This document shows positions 10,801 to 20,790 of a stretch of DNA of 64,000 nucleotides, one piece after another. The stretch covers positions 32,001 to 96,000 of the IMG/VR virus record IMGVR_UViG_3300008108_000057, one strand, 5' to 3'. The notes beneath the pieces were generated by a model. The model did no database searches. It was not told where the DNA came from and saw nothing but the letters and a program-made list of their open reading frames with translations. The translations under genes were made by a program, and so were the position numbers. The stretch comes from a virus. Every line of letters begins with the position of its first letter. Position 1 is the first letter of the stretch.

Positions 10801-13800
10801 AAAGAGTACAACATAAAAATTGGATCAAACGAGATATTACTGATTTACAGGATCGTGTTAACAATCTCGAATACTATACTGCATTAAGTTTGCTCGAACA
10901 AAATGCACAGTCACTACAAATTCCAGATTCAAATGGTTTGAACAGATTTAAGAATGGTATTCTTGTAGATGACTTTTCTTCATATGCAACAGCAGATACA
11001 CGACTATCTGAAGGATTTAATGCTAAAATTGATATTGCGAAGAAACAATTGACACCTAGAAGTATTGTAGATAATTTAGCACTAAAAAATCCTATAGTTC
11101 TAAATTCATTGGGAACAATAAAACAGACAAATTCGTTTTATGTTCATACTATTGCCGGTAGTACAAATATATACACTCTACCCTACACAACCAAATTTAT
11201 TACTGGACAAACACTAGCAAGTAGCGTAGTATCTGTAAATCCATTTGGTGTTATCAGAAATGAAGGATCTATGCAATTATGTCCTCCTATGGATAATTGG
11301 GTAGATAATCAACAAGCACCTGATATTCTAGTAGTGGATCCAAGACTACAATTATTTCAAGCTAGTGGAACAAATCTCATTCAAAATGCTGGTAACTGGC
11401 AAACAATTCCAGGAACAACAAGCCAAACTCTTGCTGGTACTTCCACAGCCGTAACCACTACTGGAAACATACAAACAACTACGACAACACAAACATTTAA
11501 TGTATTTGGTAATCAAATACAAAATGTTATTAATTCGGGATATTCTGCAATTAATTCAACTATTGGATTAAACAATGGTTATATAACAAATATTGGGATA
11601 CTTGGATACATTCGTCCACAAAGAGTCCGCTTTAGAGCATCAGGATTACTAGCTAATGCTAAATTAAAAGCATTCTTTGATGGAGTAGATGTATCTAATG
11701 ACATTGTAAGTCCTAACATTATTAGAGTAGATAATGTATCTGGAGTTTTCAGAGAAGATGATATTGTAGGTTTCGAGATAGCTAATGTGTTTTATCCTGT
11801 AGGAAGAGTGTTGGGAGTAACACAGGTACCAGGAGCATCAACATCTTATAATTTGGCTATATTTGATATTGATGGTGCACCAGAATACCTAGCGGCAGCT
11901 ACGCTAAGAAATGCTAGATTCGATGAAAATGGAGTTTATGTTTCAGGATCTACTACCGCTAGTGGACAACTATCATCTGGAGTTTCACCACTAAACGTGT
12001 CTGGAACAATTAGAGGTCCTGCAGGATCACTTATTACAAATGCAAATACAAATGCGAACTTAATTTTTAGATCCACAAAGACTGATGCTACTTGGGGCGA
12101 CTTCTTAAAAATAAATGGTATGTGGGCAACTGGTAATAATATTACCGCATATCGTAGTTGGGATGCAACATATACTTTCACAGCAAACACTGGTGGTAAC
12201 TATGTTATAGCTGCTAGTTCTTGGAGAGACACTACAGCACCATTTGTGAATAGAACAGCAACAATTACTATTGACGGAACTGTTCAAATAAGTGCTACTG
12301 AATTGTATAATGCGACTCCAACGGGAACTGTCAGTAAGACAATCTCGTTGACACCTGGAAATCACACAATAAGAATAACAGCAAATGGTTCTGGTACACC
12401 ACTTGCCACAGTAGCAACTCAATCTGGCCTTGCATGTATTATAACAGAACCAGTAGGAACACCAGGAAGAAACATTGTATTCAATGCTTTATATCCACCT
12501 TCAGTAGATTATCCAAGCGGAACTCAAATAATCTTGCCTCTAGGAGGAGCATACTTTGATGGATTTACAAGAGTTTCTTTGGCCGCAGGAGCAAGTGAAC
12601 AAGATGATTTTTATATTGGTTCAACTATAACCATAACTACAAAATATCTGTACACTTATCTGTCTGATGGTAGCACACTACAAATTCCTGTTCCATTTAC
12701 ATCTGGAGGCGCAGGAGATGGAGGAATTACTGTAGGAAGCAGAACTTATGTTGGACCTGATGGAAGAACTGGATATGTTCTACAAAGCATAGAAACATAC
12801 ACCGCAAATATCATAGATTATGATGGTCAATTAAGAATTGCGACTTTAGATACACCAGTCAATCTATCATTAGGAGATAATCAATTATTTGGAAACATTA
12901 ATTCCACATACAGTATTAAAGGTAACCTTGTTAGTTTAGAAGAAGCAATTATAGATGGCACTACAGTACCAACTTTCTCTAGTGATGCTCAAGGTAATGT
13001 AACTGGTTTATTTGAGATTCGTCCAAATAGATTCAGAACTGGTGAAAGACTCTTTAGACTTGATAACAGAACTATATCTAATGATCCTCTAACTGCTACA
13101 TGTTATGCAGAAGCAACATTTACTGCCTCTGGATTATCATCTTCTAGACAAAAATTAGAATTTGCTCCGTCAGTTGATGCTGGTGGTAAAACTTTTATAC
13201 AAACCAATCAGAGAAGTGGTGCTTTCATAGGTACTGCGACACAAACAACTGTCACTCAGCAAGTAATAGCAGAACAAGGATTTAGAGGTTGTTGTTTCAT
13301 TGCTGGAACAAAGATTACCATGGCTGATGGTTCTATCAAAAATATTGAAGATGTTCAAATCGGTGATGAGTTGATTGGTAAAGATGGTTCTGTTAATACA
13401 GTGCTTGAGTATGTCAGACCTGTATTGGGAGAAAGAACACTAATCTCTCTAAATGATAGCACTCCTTTCATAACCAATGATCATCCAGTCTACATGAAAG
13501 ATGGCACATGGAAATCTTTTGATCCAGTTGCGACAAAATTAAAGTATAAAAAACTTTCTGACTGGAACATAGGTAAGTTGGAAGTTGGTGATGTCATTGA
13601 AACTGTAGACGGTGTAGGATTTAAAATTGAAACTATGTCTGAACATTCTGACAGAGATGATCTTCAAGTTTATAACTTCTCATTAAATGGAAACCACACC
13701 TATATTGCTAATAATCTAGTTGTTCACAACAAGTGTTTTGTTGCTGGTACTGAAGTTCTTATGAAGGACAACACTTGGAAGAATATAGAAGATGTAGAGT

Positions 13801-16800
13801 TGAATGATGTATTAATTGGTGAAAGTGGATCAGAAAACAGAGTAAGAGAATTCCATAGACCAACTCTAGGACTTATGGATCATATATTACCTCATAAACT
13901 GAGATTAGCATCAATTAACAATTCTGATTTTTCTGTATCTGAAGATCACATGATTAAAACAACTTCAGGTTGGAGAACACCGACAGTAGAGATGTGTAAG
14001 ATTCTACATGCCAAGACTTTAGAGATTGAGAATATTGACATTACTCAATTACAACTTGGCGACGATATCATATGCTCCGATGGCTCGCTACTAAGAGTTG
14101 AAAGCATTGAATTTAAAGAAGATGCTCCAGAAATACAATTGTATAACTTTAGATTGTACGGAAACAAAACATACCATGTACGTATGAAAGGTAGTGATAA
14201 GTTTATCTTAGTGCATAACAAGTGCTTTACTTCAGGCACAGAAGTCCTCATGAAGGACAACACTTGGAAGAACATTGAAGATGTTGAAATAAATGATGTA
14301 TTAATTGGTGAAAACGGATCTGAAAATAGAGTAAGAGAATTCCACAGACCAACTCTGGGACTCAATGATCACATCTTACCACATAAACTAAGACTGGCAT
14401 CAATTAATGAATCAAACTTCTCTGTCTCAGAAGATCATATGATCAAAACAACCTCTGGTTGGAGAACACCTACAGTAGAAATGTGTAAGATTCTTCATGC
14501 TAAGACTCTAAAAGGAGACAACATTGATATTTCTCAACTGCAAATTGGTGATGAAATTATATGTTCTGATGGCTCACTACTAAAAGTAGAAACTATTGAA
14601 TTTAAAGAAGATGTTCCAGAACTGCAACTCTACAATTTCAAACTATATGGAAACAAAACATACCATGTACGTATGAAAGGTGCAGAGAAGTTCATGCTAG
14701 TGCATAACAAGTGCTTTACTTCAGGCACAGAAGTATTGATGCATGATGGCTCTTGGAAAAATATTGAAGAAGTCGAACTTGGAGATATACTACTTGGTGA
14801 AGATGGTGCTGAAAATATGGTTAAAGAGTTTCATAGACCTGTACTAGGACTCAATGATCACATCTTACCACATAATCTAAGACTGGCATCTATTAATAAC
14901 TCAGAGTTTTCCGTGTCTGAAGATCACATGATCAAAACAACTTCAGGTTGGAGAACACCTACAGTAGAAATGTGTAAGATTCTACACGCTGAAACCTTGA
15001 AGAATGAAAATATAGACATTACTCAATTACAGCTTGGAGATGAAATCATATGCTCTGATGGCTCATTGTTAACAGTAGACAGCATTGAATTCAAAGAAGA
15101 TGCTCCGGATCTACAACTTTATAACTTCAAACTACATGGAAACAAAACATATCATGTACGTTTGAAAGGTAGTGACAAGTTTATCTTAGTACACAATAAA
15201 GATCCTCTTGCTCAAACGTTCGCTGTTCCTAAAGACAATTATCCAAATGGAGCATTCTTACGTTCAGTTAAGTTGTTCTTCCAATCAAAACCAACTGGAC
15301 CTAATGCTCCTGATGTTGAAGTGTATGTTGTTGGAACGACAAATGGTTACCCTAATGGAAAAAATTTAGATTATTCTGTAGCTAGAGTGAAGGCTCAAGA
15401 TATTAAAATTTCAAATAATCCACATTGGCTTGATCCAGAAACAGCAACGGAATTCGTATTTCCTGCTCCTGTTTACATTCAAAATAGTATTTTTTATGCC
15501 TTTGTTGTATTTTCGCATAGTCCTGACTACACAGTATACTTTGGACAACAAAACGCTGTTGCCGTGCCTTCTACAACAAAAGCATTGCCAACCGATCCTA
15601 ATCCTGCTAACCCAGGGAAAATTGGAGCAACTCCATATGTTGGTGGATTATTCGAATCCCAAAACGCTGTCACCTGGCAAGTTGATCAAACTAAACAAAT
15701 GATGTTTGTAATTGATCAATGTGTATTCACCACATCAGACTCAAAAACTTTGGAATTCTCTTTACCTTCTGGTTTACCATTTAGAGCAATTGATGTTCTC
15801 AACGATATTGTTCATACAACCAGTCCGGCTAGCATCAATAATACTTATGGTAACTTTGCACAAAAGGTACCAGTTATGCGTTCTGATGCAGTAAACGTCA
15901 CTACAACAGATTTTATTCCAACAGGAGCAGTAATTAAGTACACCGCAAGTGCAACATTAAATGATGGTGCAAATACTGTTGTTGGACAGTTCCCTGTGTT
16001 CCCAGGAAGACTTGGATCACCAACATATGATGATGTTGATTATGATGATGGAAGAGGACCAAGAGCGTTGCTTAGAGATGCAAATAACTCATTTAGACTT
16101 TTTGCAACCATGGCAACAGCAGATTCTAACACATCTCCAATTATCGCAGATGATGGTGTAAGTCTGTATAACATTAGATATGTGATTAACAATCTTGAAC
16201 TGTCTAACAGCATGATTGAAATTGTAGATGGAGGAACAGGGTATCATCCAGCAAACGTAGTTGCTACTGTAAGTCCACCTGATATTGGTAGTGATGCTGC
16301 AACATGTGGAGTTGTTCTAACTTCAAATGTAATTACCAATGTGTATTTGACAACCTTTGGTTCTGGGTATGTTAAAACTCCTACAATCACAATTACTGGA
16401 GCGAATACAACTCCTGCTACCGTTCTTATTCGTGGAGAGACTTCATCTGGTGGAGGTAATTTAACAACCGCAAGATACTTGACAAAAGTAGTAAAATTAA
16501 CTCCAGACAATGAATCTGGTGATTTAAGAGTATTCTATACAGCATACAAACCTCTAGGAACAGAAATCTATGTGTATTATAAGATTCTGAATTCGGACGA
16601 TACGGATGTAATTGATGATAAAGAATGGCAATTAATGACTCAGACAAGTACAATATCATATTCACTATCAAAACAAAATCTAATTGAATATGAATGTGCT
16701 CCTGGTGTCAATAATTTAGCAGATAACTTTATTTCATATACAAAAGGAACCGAAACTTACAATTCATTTAATCAGTTCCAAATCAAGTTTGTTATGACAA

Positions 16801-16874
16801 CAGAAGATACAACAAATATACCTTTTGTGACTGACATACGAGCATTAGCTTTACCATCTGGAACAGGATTGTAA
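7815..16874 (+). CDS. Large virion structural protein (VrlC/DUF4815-like) with four tandem Hint domains
   Basis: PYYDDFD..KNFHRILFKPG.AVQARELTQ.Q, APGADRYKI, RFKNGILVDDF and DPLAQTF motifs; Hint domains at aa 1827-2461. Confidence 0.85.
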   Translation: MALNFNVDPYYDDFDPSKNFHRILFKPGYAVQARELTQSQTILQNQISNFADAIFSQNTPVSGGRVSLNFAAIGNIGAYYVKLQTQFSGVEIDVNNFLNKDIQDVNGIVQARVIAVAEGTLIDPPTLVVTYYTGAKFKDASTIICTDGSNFSATTIGTNTSAETCTGASSTVSISEGIFYIINGYNTSNVQNPDGTYNRYSIGNFVSVLPQTIILDKYASNPSGRVGLSITETIVDYIDDTSLLDPAVGASNYQAPGADRYKISLELVVLPLTPGNDDQFIELVRLENGKILKQVDGTVYSVINDYISKRTYETDGDFIVNEFSFTPTANTVNPDLYDLKISKGLAYIRGYRVENQSDITFSTPRARSNNIINNNQVYVDYGSYVLANNVSGTFDITTMPKIDLHCVANSNIVSTNSVTYSATLIGSAFLRNIDYESSVSDSDTSSYSYKMYITDVSANTLSGTALAAGSSPTTIQFNDTNGKFSAVANAYFGVKISALTSGYTDVREIVSYDGTTKTATVDSPFTLNPTNSTQFNLLFSTTDIESLINVPNGPATPTVRTASANIPNAGKFNGLFTGDTILYNPTQAELLFTVGYPYVSNISDSSYISQKVFRSKSFTSSGGNFVMTLSLPVNTANIKFIGTGTLSSDAIKQNFTVVNKANNRQILDFVSAGNTVVISSDQKTATFTTPVYGTTTVDVIAGVSVGNADNSTLVLKAKNLVVGNTQIVSYAGPTAIVDANTYLDLTNGQIYIKESAVGKTTSLYVSDVKKIRKIISTKSSVTVPTTSMLSDSSYDVTSLFLLDNGQRDNYYDFSAVRLKPGASRPLGNLLVIFDYYAHTGGDGYFDVNSYLTPISSSPDQYREIGQYTSKAGINYRLTDSLDFRPVRQAPSGSVSSVPFTLEYTGNPSAPDDSGILIPQNLSYFTHDYAYYLGRKDKLVITKDNTIDIILGTPSVNPTFPAEPDGALLLAKMTLDPYTGYIPGEDSTTQQTNYSIERVQHKNWIKRDITDLQDRVNNLEYYTALSLLEQNAQSLQIPDSNGLNRFKNGILVDDFSSYATADTRLSEGFNAKIDIAKKQLTPRSIVDNLALKNPIVLNSLGTIKQTNSFYVHTIAGSTNIYTLPYTTKFITGQTLASSVVSVNPFGVIRNEGSMQLCPPMDNWVDNQQAPDILVVDPRLQLFQASGTNLIQNAGNWQTIPGTTSQTLAGTSTAVTTTGNIQTTTTTQTFNVFGNQIQNVINSGYSAINSTIGLNNGYITNIGILGYIRPQRVRFRASGLLANAKLKAFFDGVDVSNDIVSPNIIRVDNVSGVFREDDIVGFEIANVFYPVGRVLGVTQVPGASTSYNLAIFDIDGAPEYLAAATLRNARFDENGVYVSGSTTASGQLSSGVSPLNVSGTIRGPAGSLITNANTNANLIFRSTKTDATWGDFLKINGMWATGNNITAYRSWDATYTFTANTGGNYVIAASSWRDTTAPFVNRTATITIDGTVQISATELYNATPTGTVSKTISLTPGNHTIRITANGSGTPLATVATQSGLACIITEPVGTPGRNIVFNALYPPSVDYPSGTQIILPLGGAYFDGFTRVSLAAGASEQDDFYIGSTITITTKYLYTYLSDGSTLQIPVPFTSGGAGDGGITVGSRTYVGPDGRTGYVLQSIETYTANIIDYDGQLRIATLDTPVNLSLGDNQLFGNINSTYSIKGNLVSLEEAIIDGTTVPTFSSDAQGNVTGLFEIRPNRFRTGERLFRLDNRTISNDPLTATCYAEATFTASGLSSSRQKLEFAPSVDAGGKTFIQTNQRSGAFIGTATQTTVTQQVIAEQGFRGCCFIAGTKITMADGSIKNIEDVQIGDELIGKDGSVNTVLEYVRPVLGERTLISLNDSTPFITNDHPVYMKDGTWKSFDPVATKLKYKKLSDWNIGKLEVGDVIETVDGVGFKIETMSEHSDRDDLQVYNFSLNGNHTYIANNLVVHNKCFVAGTEVLMKDNTWKNIEDVELNDVLIGESGSENRVREFHRPTLGLMDHILPHKLRLASINNSDFSVSEDHMIKTTSGWRTPTVEMCKILHAKTLEIENIDITQLQLGDDIICSDGSLLRVESIEFKEDAPEIQLYNFRLYGNKTYHVRMKGSDKFILVHNKCFTSGTEVLMKDNTWKNIEDVEINDVLIGENGSENRVREFHRPTLGLNDHILPHKLRLASINESNFSVSEDHMIKTTSGWRTPTVEMCKILHAKTLKGDNIDISQLQIGDEIICSDGSLLKVETIEFKEDVPELQLYNFKLYGNKTYHVRMKGAEKFMLVHNKCFTSGTEVLMHDGSWKNIEEVELGDILLGEDGAENMVKEFHRPVLGLNDHILPHNLRLASINNSEFSVSEDHMIKTTSGWRTPTVEMCKILHAETLKNENIDITQLQLGDEIICSDGSLLTVDSIEFKEDAPDLQLYNFKLHGNKTYHVRLKGSDKFILVHNKDPLAQTFAVPKDNYPNGAFLRSVKLFFQSKPTGPNAPDVEVYVVGTTNGYPNGKNLDYSVARVKAQDIKISNNPHWLDPETATEFVFPAPVYIQNSIFYAFVVFSHSPDYTVYFGQQNAVAVPSTTKALPTDPNPANPGKIGATPYVGGLFESQNAVTWQVDQTKQMMFVIDQCVFTTSDSKTLEFSLPSGLPFRAIDVLNDIVHTTSPASINNTYGNFAQKVPVMRSDAVNVTTTDFIPTGAVIKYTASATLNDGANTVVGQFPVFPGRLGSPTYDDVDYDDGRGPRALLRDANNSFRLFATMATADSNTSPIIADDGVSLYNIRYVINNLELSNSMIEIVDGGTGYHPANVVATVSPPDIGSDAATCGVVLTSNVITNVYLTTFGSGYVKTPTITITGANTTPATVLIRGETSSGGGNLTTARYLTKVVKLTPDNESGDLRVFYTAYKPLGTEIYVYYKILNSDDTDVIDDKEWQLMTQTSTISYSLSKQNLIEYECAPGVNNLADNFISYTKGTETYNSFNQFQIKFVMTTEDTTNIPFVTDIRALALPSGTGL
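13293..13730 (+). other. Hint domain 1 (intein-like/BIL-A/PT-HINT type, 146 aa, no endonuclease)
   Basis: CFIAGTKITMADG start, ITNDHP block B, VYNF...HTY.AN.LVVHN end; next residue is Lys. Confidence 0.9.
13734..14219 (+). other. Hint domain 2 (162 aa)
   Basis: CFVAGTEVLM...SEDH...LYNF...LVHN followed by Lys. Confidence 0.9.
14223..14708 (+). other. Hint domain 3 (162 aa)
   Basis: CFTSGTEVLM...SEDH...LYNF...LVHN followed by Lys; 489-nt period with neighbours. Confidence 0.9.
14712..15197 (+). other. Hint domain 4 (162 aa)
   Basis: CFTSGTEVLM...SEDH...LYNF...LVHN followed by K-DPLAQTF. Confidence 0.9.
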
Positions 16875-16875
16875 A

Positions 16876-17097
16876 ATGGCACTAGTTAAAGTTACTGGAT
16901 CAGAGTTTGTGAGAGACACTAATAATATGGCTCTCATAAACACGGATAATACTGCAAGAAATGAGTATTATGCTAAAATTCGTATGTTAAAGACACATAA
17001 AGATGAAATAAATACAGTTAAGGAAGAAATTGCTGGCATCAAAGAAGATATGAACGAAATAAAAGCTTTGATGTTAAAACTATTAGAAAAAGGCTAA
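16876..17097 (+). CDS. Small hypothetical virion-module protein with C-terminal coiled coil
   Basis: 73-aa ORF tightly packed between structural genes. Confidence 0.6.
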   Translation: MALVKVTGSEFVRDTNNMALINTDNTARNEYYAKIRMLKTHKDEINTVKEEIAGIKEDMNEIKALMLKLLEKG

Positions 17098-17098
17098 A

Positions 17099-19774
17099 AT
17101 GGCTAATACAGTTACTTTATTGAGCTATGCCAATACTTTTGGCGATTGGGTAGTTACTACAAATAAACTCATACAAGAAAATAATGATCTTGCTGCGAAC
17201 AATTATGTAAAATCAACAGGAACTTTATTTCTTAGTTCTCCCACTCTTGGTCTCCAAGTAGCAAACAATGCTGTTGTTCAAGGACAACTTCAAGTTTCTG
17301 GTATTGGTTCATCTGCCTATATTCAAAAAAATATTCAGGTTGATGGTTCAATCATAGGAGCATCAAACAATTACTTTATTGCAAATGATGCTAACACAAT
17401 ACTTAATATTACTCAGTCTGGTTCAGGACTTGTATTAAGAATTAATCCTCAACCAGGAGGAATGGGTACAGCAGGTGCAAACTCAACTGTAATTGATGGC
17501 AACGGTAACGTGTATATTGGTTCAGCATTTGCAGGACCATTCAAACTAAATGTTGCTAATGGTAATGTTAATTTCTCGAATAATCTAATAGTTGGTCGTA
17601 CTGTTAATTCGCCTATAATAGTAGGAGCAAATAATGTTATTGGTGATGTAGTATCAGGAAATACTAGAGTAATATCTCCTGTCGTTATAGGTACCACATC
17701 TGTCACAAGTAATTTTATTACAGCAAACACGCAGATTAATACACCTACGGTTGTAGCTTCAAGTAATGTTATTAGTAGTATAATATCAGCAAATACTAGA
17801 GTAATATCTCCTGTCGTTATAGGTACCACATCTGTCACTAGTAATTTAATTACAGCAAATGTATTAGCAACGACACCAGAATTAATAGTAACATCAAAGA
17901 TAGATGCAAACCAAGCATTTATATATGCTGATAGAACTGTTTCGAATACTGTAGTAGTTCAAGGAACTTTCTTCATTAATGGTGATACTGCATATAACTC
18001 ACCTACCTTTACAATTAATTCCGCAGAAATTATTGCTTCAAATGGAAGCTTTATTAATGCTAGAGGACCATTATCAAATGCTGAAATAAAATGGAATGAG
18101 ATTAATGATTGGTGGGAGCTTAAAGATGTAAATAATCCTATTAGCTATTCTAAAATACTAACAGCAAACTTAATTAGTGATTCCACCGTATTACCAAGTT
18201 CTAATAATATTGCAAGTTCTGTAACAGTAAATTACTTACAGAATGTGTCAAACACACAAAATGTTTGGATCAATAATACTAATACCTTTGCTTCTATGGG
18301 TGCATTTACTGCTAACCAAGCATGGGTAGGTGCTAATACTGCTAATGGTAACATAATAGCATTGCAGTCACAAATGTTTACTGTAAATGCTAATGTTACT
18401 GCTACCAATAGCCTAACTCAAGCAGCATTTAATAGAGCAAACAATGGTGTTTTCAATGGAACGACTGGTGCTGCTACTGGTTCTGTTGGAGTTATTTCAT
18501 TCAGCAGTAATAATGGTGTTACAATATACGGTTCATCAAACGTACTTAATATTAGCACATCACAAGATTTAAGAAGTACAGCAAGCCCAACATTCGATAG
18601 TTTAACTTTAACCAATCCACTTGCGATTTCACAAGGTGGTACTGGATCAACATCAGCAGCATCAGCACTTACTGCACTTCTTCCGACAGGAACAACTGCT
18701 GGATATATTCTGACTACTGGTGGTCCAGGAAGTTTCTATTGGGCAGCAGGTGGCGGAGGTGGTGGAGGTGGAACCACTCCAGGAACAACGATTAGCTCCT
18801 CTCGTCTATCATATATTGCAAATGGTGTAACCTCAGCATACACGACACCAACGTATATACCGGGAGCGGCTCAATTAAGAGTGTATTTTGATGGTGTTAG
18901 ACAGTTTGCCGCAGGCTATACAGAAACAAGTAACACTAGCGTTACGTTTACAACTCCTGTAACAAGTGGAATTAATATTCTTTTTGAAGTTGATGGATAT
19001 ATCAATAACCCATATTATGCGAACAATATTGCATACACAATTAATTCAGATATCTCACCGACAGCGAATAGTATTCAATTAGCCATTGATGGATTAACAT
19101 CTAAACTAACAACTTATTATGCTAACACGAATGGTGGAACTCAAACATTCACTAATGTTGTACTTGCACCAACACCTACAATTAATAGTCCTTCTGGTAA
19201 TACACAAATAGCTACAACTGCATTTGTCAATAATAAAGCAAACTCAGGTGTAACATTTACTGCAAGCATTACTGGTTCTGCTGGCTCTGTTGCTAATACA
19301 GGTATTGTAGGATTAATTACAAATGCACAATTAGCAGGACCCATCGGTATGACAGTAACCGATGACACATCAAGTTCAAGCACCAGTTATATTACATTTA
19401 CTCAACAAACTTCTGGTACAAGTTTCAGTTCTAATGTTTCAAGCACCAAATTGACGTTTGTTCCATCAACTGGAACATTGTCTGCTACTATAATGACAGC
19501 AACATCAGATAAAAATCTGAAAGAAAATATTGTAGGAATTTCTGATGCGTTGAATACTGTCATGCGATTGAAAGGTGTTGAGTATAACTGGAAAGATACT
19601 GGAGAAAAAGGTATGGGTCTAGTTGCTCAAGAGGTTGAAGAAATTCTTCCTTATCTTGTTTCAGAAAACGAAAATGGAAAATCAGTCATGTATCAAAATA
19701 TGATTGGATTGTTAGTTGAAGCTATCAAAGAATTAAAGCAAGAAATAAACACACTCAAAGGTGATAATAAATGA
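17099..19774 (+). CDS. Tail fibre protein with C-terminal intramolecular chaperone (peptidase S74)
   Basis: SDKNLKENI...GVEYNWK...GLVAQEVE..LP.LV...LLVEAIKEL; beta repeats and Gly linker. Confidence 0.8.
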   Translation: MANTVTLLSYANTFGDWVVTTNKLIQENNDLAANNYVKSTGTLFLSSPTLGLQVANNAVVQGQLQVSGIGSSAYIQKNIQVDGSIIGASNNYFIANDANTILNITQSGSGLVLRINPQPGGMGTAGANSTVIDGNGNVYIGSAFAGPFKLNVANGNVNFSNNLIVGRTVNSPIIVGANNVIGDVVSGNTRVISPVVIGTTSVTSNFITANTQINTPTVVASSNVISSIISANTRVISPVVIGTTSVTSNLITANVLATTPELIVTSKIDANQAFIYADRTVSNTVVVQGTFFINGDTAYNSPTFTINSAEIIASNGSFINARGPLSNAEIKWNEINDWWELKDVNNPISYSKILTANLISDSTVLPSSNNIASSVTVNYLQNVSNTQNVWINNTNTFASMGAFTANQAWVGANTANGNIIALQSQMFTVNANVTATNSLTQAAFNRANNGVFNGTTGAATGSVGVISFSSNNGVTIYGSSNVLNISTSQDLRSTASPTFDSLTLTNPLAISQGGTGSTSAASALTALLPTGTTAGYILTTGGPGSFYWAAGGGGGGGGTTPGTTISSSRLSYIANGVTSAYTTPTYIPGAAQLRVYFDGVRQFAAGYTETSNTSVTFTTPVTSGINILFEVDGYINNPYYANNIAYTINSDISPTANSIQLAIDGLTSKLTTYYANTNGGTQTFTNVVLAPTPTINSPSGNTQIATTAFVNNKANSGVTFTASITGSAGSVANTGIVGLITNAQLAGPIGMTVTDDTSSSSTSYITFTQQTSGTSFSSNVSSTKLTFVPSTGTLSATIMTATSDKNLKENIVGISDALNTVMRLKGVEYNWKDTGEKGMGLVAQEVEEILPYLVSENENGKSVMYQNMIGLLVEAIKELKQEINTLKGDNK
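17659..17838 (+). repeat. Exact 48-bp direct repeat (17659-17706 and 17791-17838) within the fibre gene
   Basis: aaatactagagtaatatctcctgtcgttataggtaccacatctgtcac occurs twice, 132 nt apart. Confidence 0.85.
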
Positions 19775-20790
19775 CAACGAAAGTAACAAGTTTAGTATTA
19801 GCTAATACTGCCGTTACACCTGGAACTTATGGTAGTACAACACAAATTCCTACATTTGCTGTAGACGGTCAAGGTAGAATTACTTCAGCAGCAAATGCTG
19901 CTATATTATTTGGTACTATGGCAACTCAAAATTCAAGTAATGTCAATATTACTGGTGGTTCGGTAACTGGTATTACTGATCTTGCTGTTGCGGATGGTGG
20001 TACTGGAGCATCTGACGCTGCAACAGCTAGAACTAATTTGGGTCTAGGTACTGTTGCGGTTGAAAATACTGTTCCTGTAGCCAAAGGTGGTACTGGTGCT
20101 ACTGATGCTGGAACAGCTAGAACTAATTTGGGTCTAGGTAGCGTTGCAGTTGAGAACACTGTTCCTGTAGCCAAAGGTGGTACAGGAGCTACTGATGCTG
20201 GAGGTGCGAGAAGCAACTTAGGCTTGGGTACTATGAGTACTCAAAATAGTACAGGAGTAAGTATCACAGGAGGTGCAATAGCATCACTTAGTACTTTTTC
20301 AACCAGTGGTTTCTCTGATGCAAACTTGTATGGATCGGTTTCGATATATGGTGGAACAACAGGAGAATATGAAACATTTGCGTCAACTACAAGTATGTTT
20401 TCTAGTAGTCCAGCGGCAGATGTGGATTTAGGTTCATACATACTCTCTAGTTCCTTTTCTTATACAGTGTTGAGAATCAAAACTCAGGGAATATATATTC
20501 CAAATGCTTTTAATCCGGTCAATCCACTCCCATCAAGACTTTATAAAGACTTTTCTGTTGGAATATGGTATAATCAAAGTACAGGTGTTTATACAGTAGA
20601 TTTTGGTACAAACCTAGTTGCTTTTAATAGCGATGGCACCAACTTTGCTGCGGGCGCCTGGAATTCTGGTAGAGCCGCTATAGTAGGTGCTGGAACAACT
20701 TCTCTTGTGTATAGATTTACAAATAGAGCATCACCAGCAGCAGATTCGTCAACTTATTTCTATACTTTATTCGAGATAACAAAATGGTAA
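19771..20790 (+). CDS. Tail fibre-like protein with 30-aa GGTGA.DA..ARTNLGLG repeats
   Basis: YGS..QIPTF.VD.QGRITSA motif; three tandem repeats; paralog of 21080-21805. Confidence 0.7.
   Translation: MTTKVTSLVLANTAVTPGTYGSTTQIPTFAVDGQGRITSAANAAILFGTMATQNSSNVNITGGSVTGITDLAVADGGTGASDAATARTNLGLGTVAVENTVPVAKGGTGATDAGTARTNLGLGSVAVENTVPVAKGGTGATDAGGARSNLGLGTMSTQNSTGVSITGGAIASLSTFSTSGFSDANLYGSVSIYGGTTGEYETFASTTSMFSSSPAADVDLGSYILSSSFSYTVLRIKTQGIYIPNAFNPVNPLPSRLYKDFSVGIWYNQSTGVYTVDFGTNLVAFNSDGTNFAAGAWNSGRAAIVGAGTTSLVYRFTNRASPAADSSTYFYTLFEITKW

Noticed and set aside
13293-15197. Canonical mobile inteins, or a DGR/CRISPR-like repeat array
   Set aside because: No +1 Cys/Ser/Thr and no homing endonuclease; the repeats are in-frame protein domains without spacers; no reverse transcriptase or cas gene in the window.
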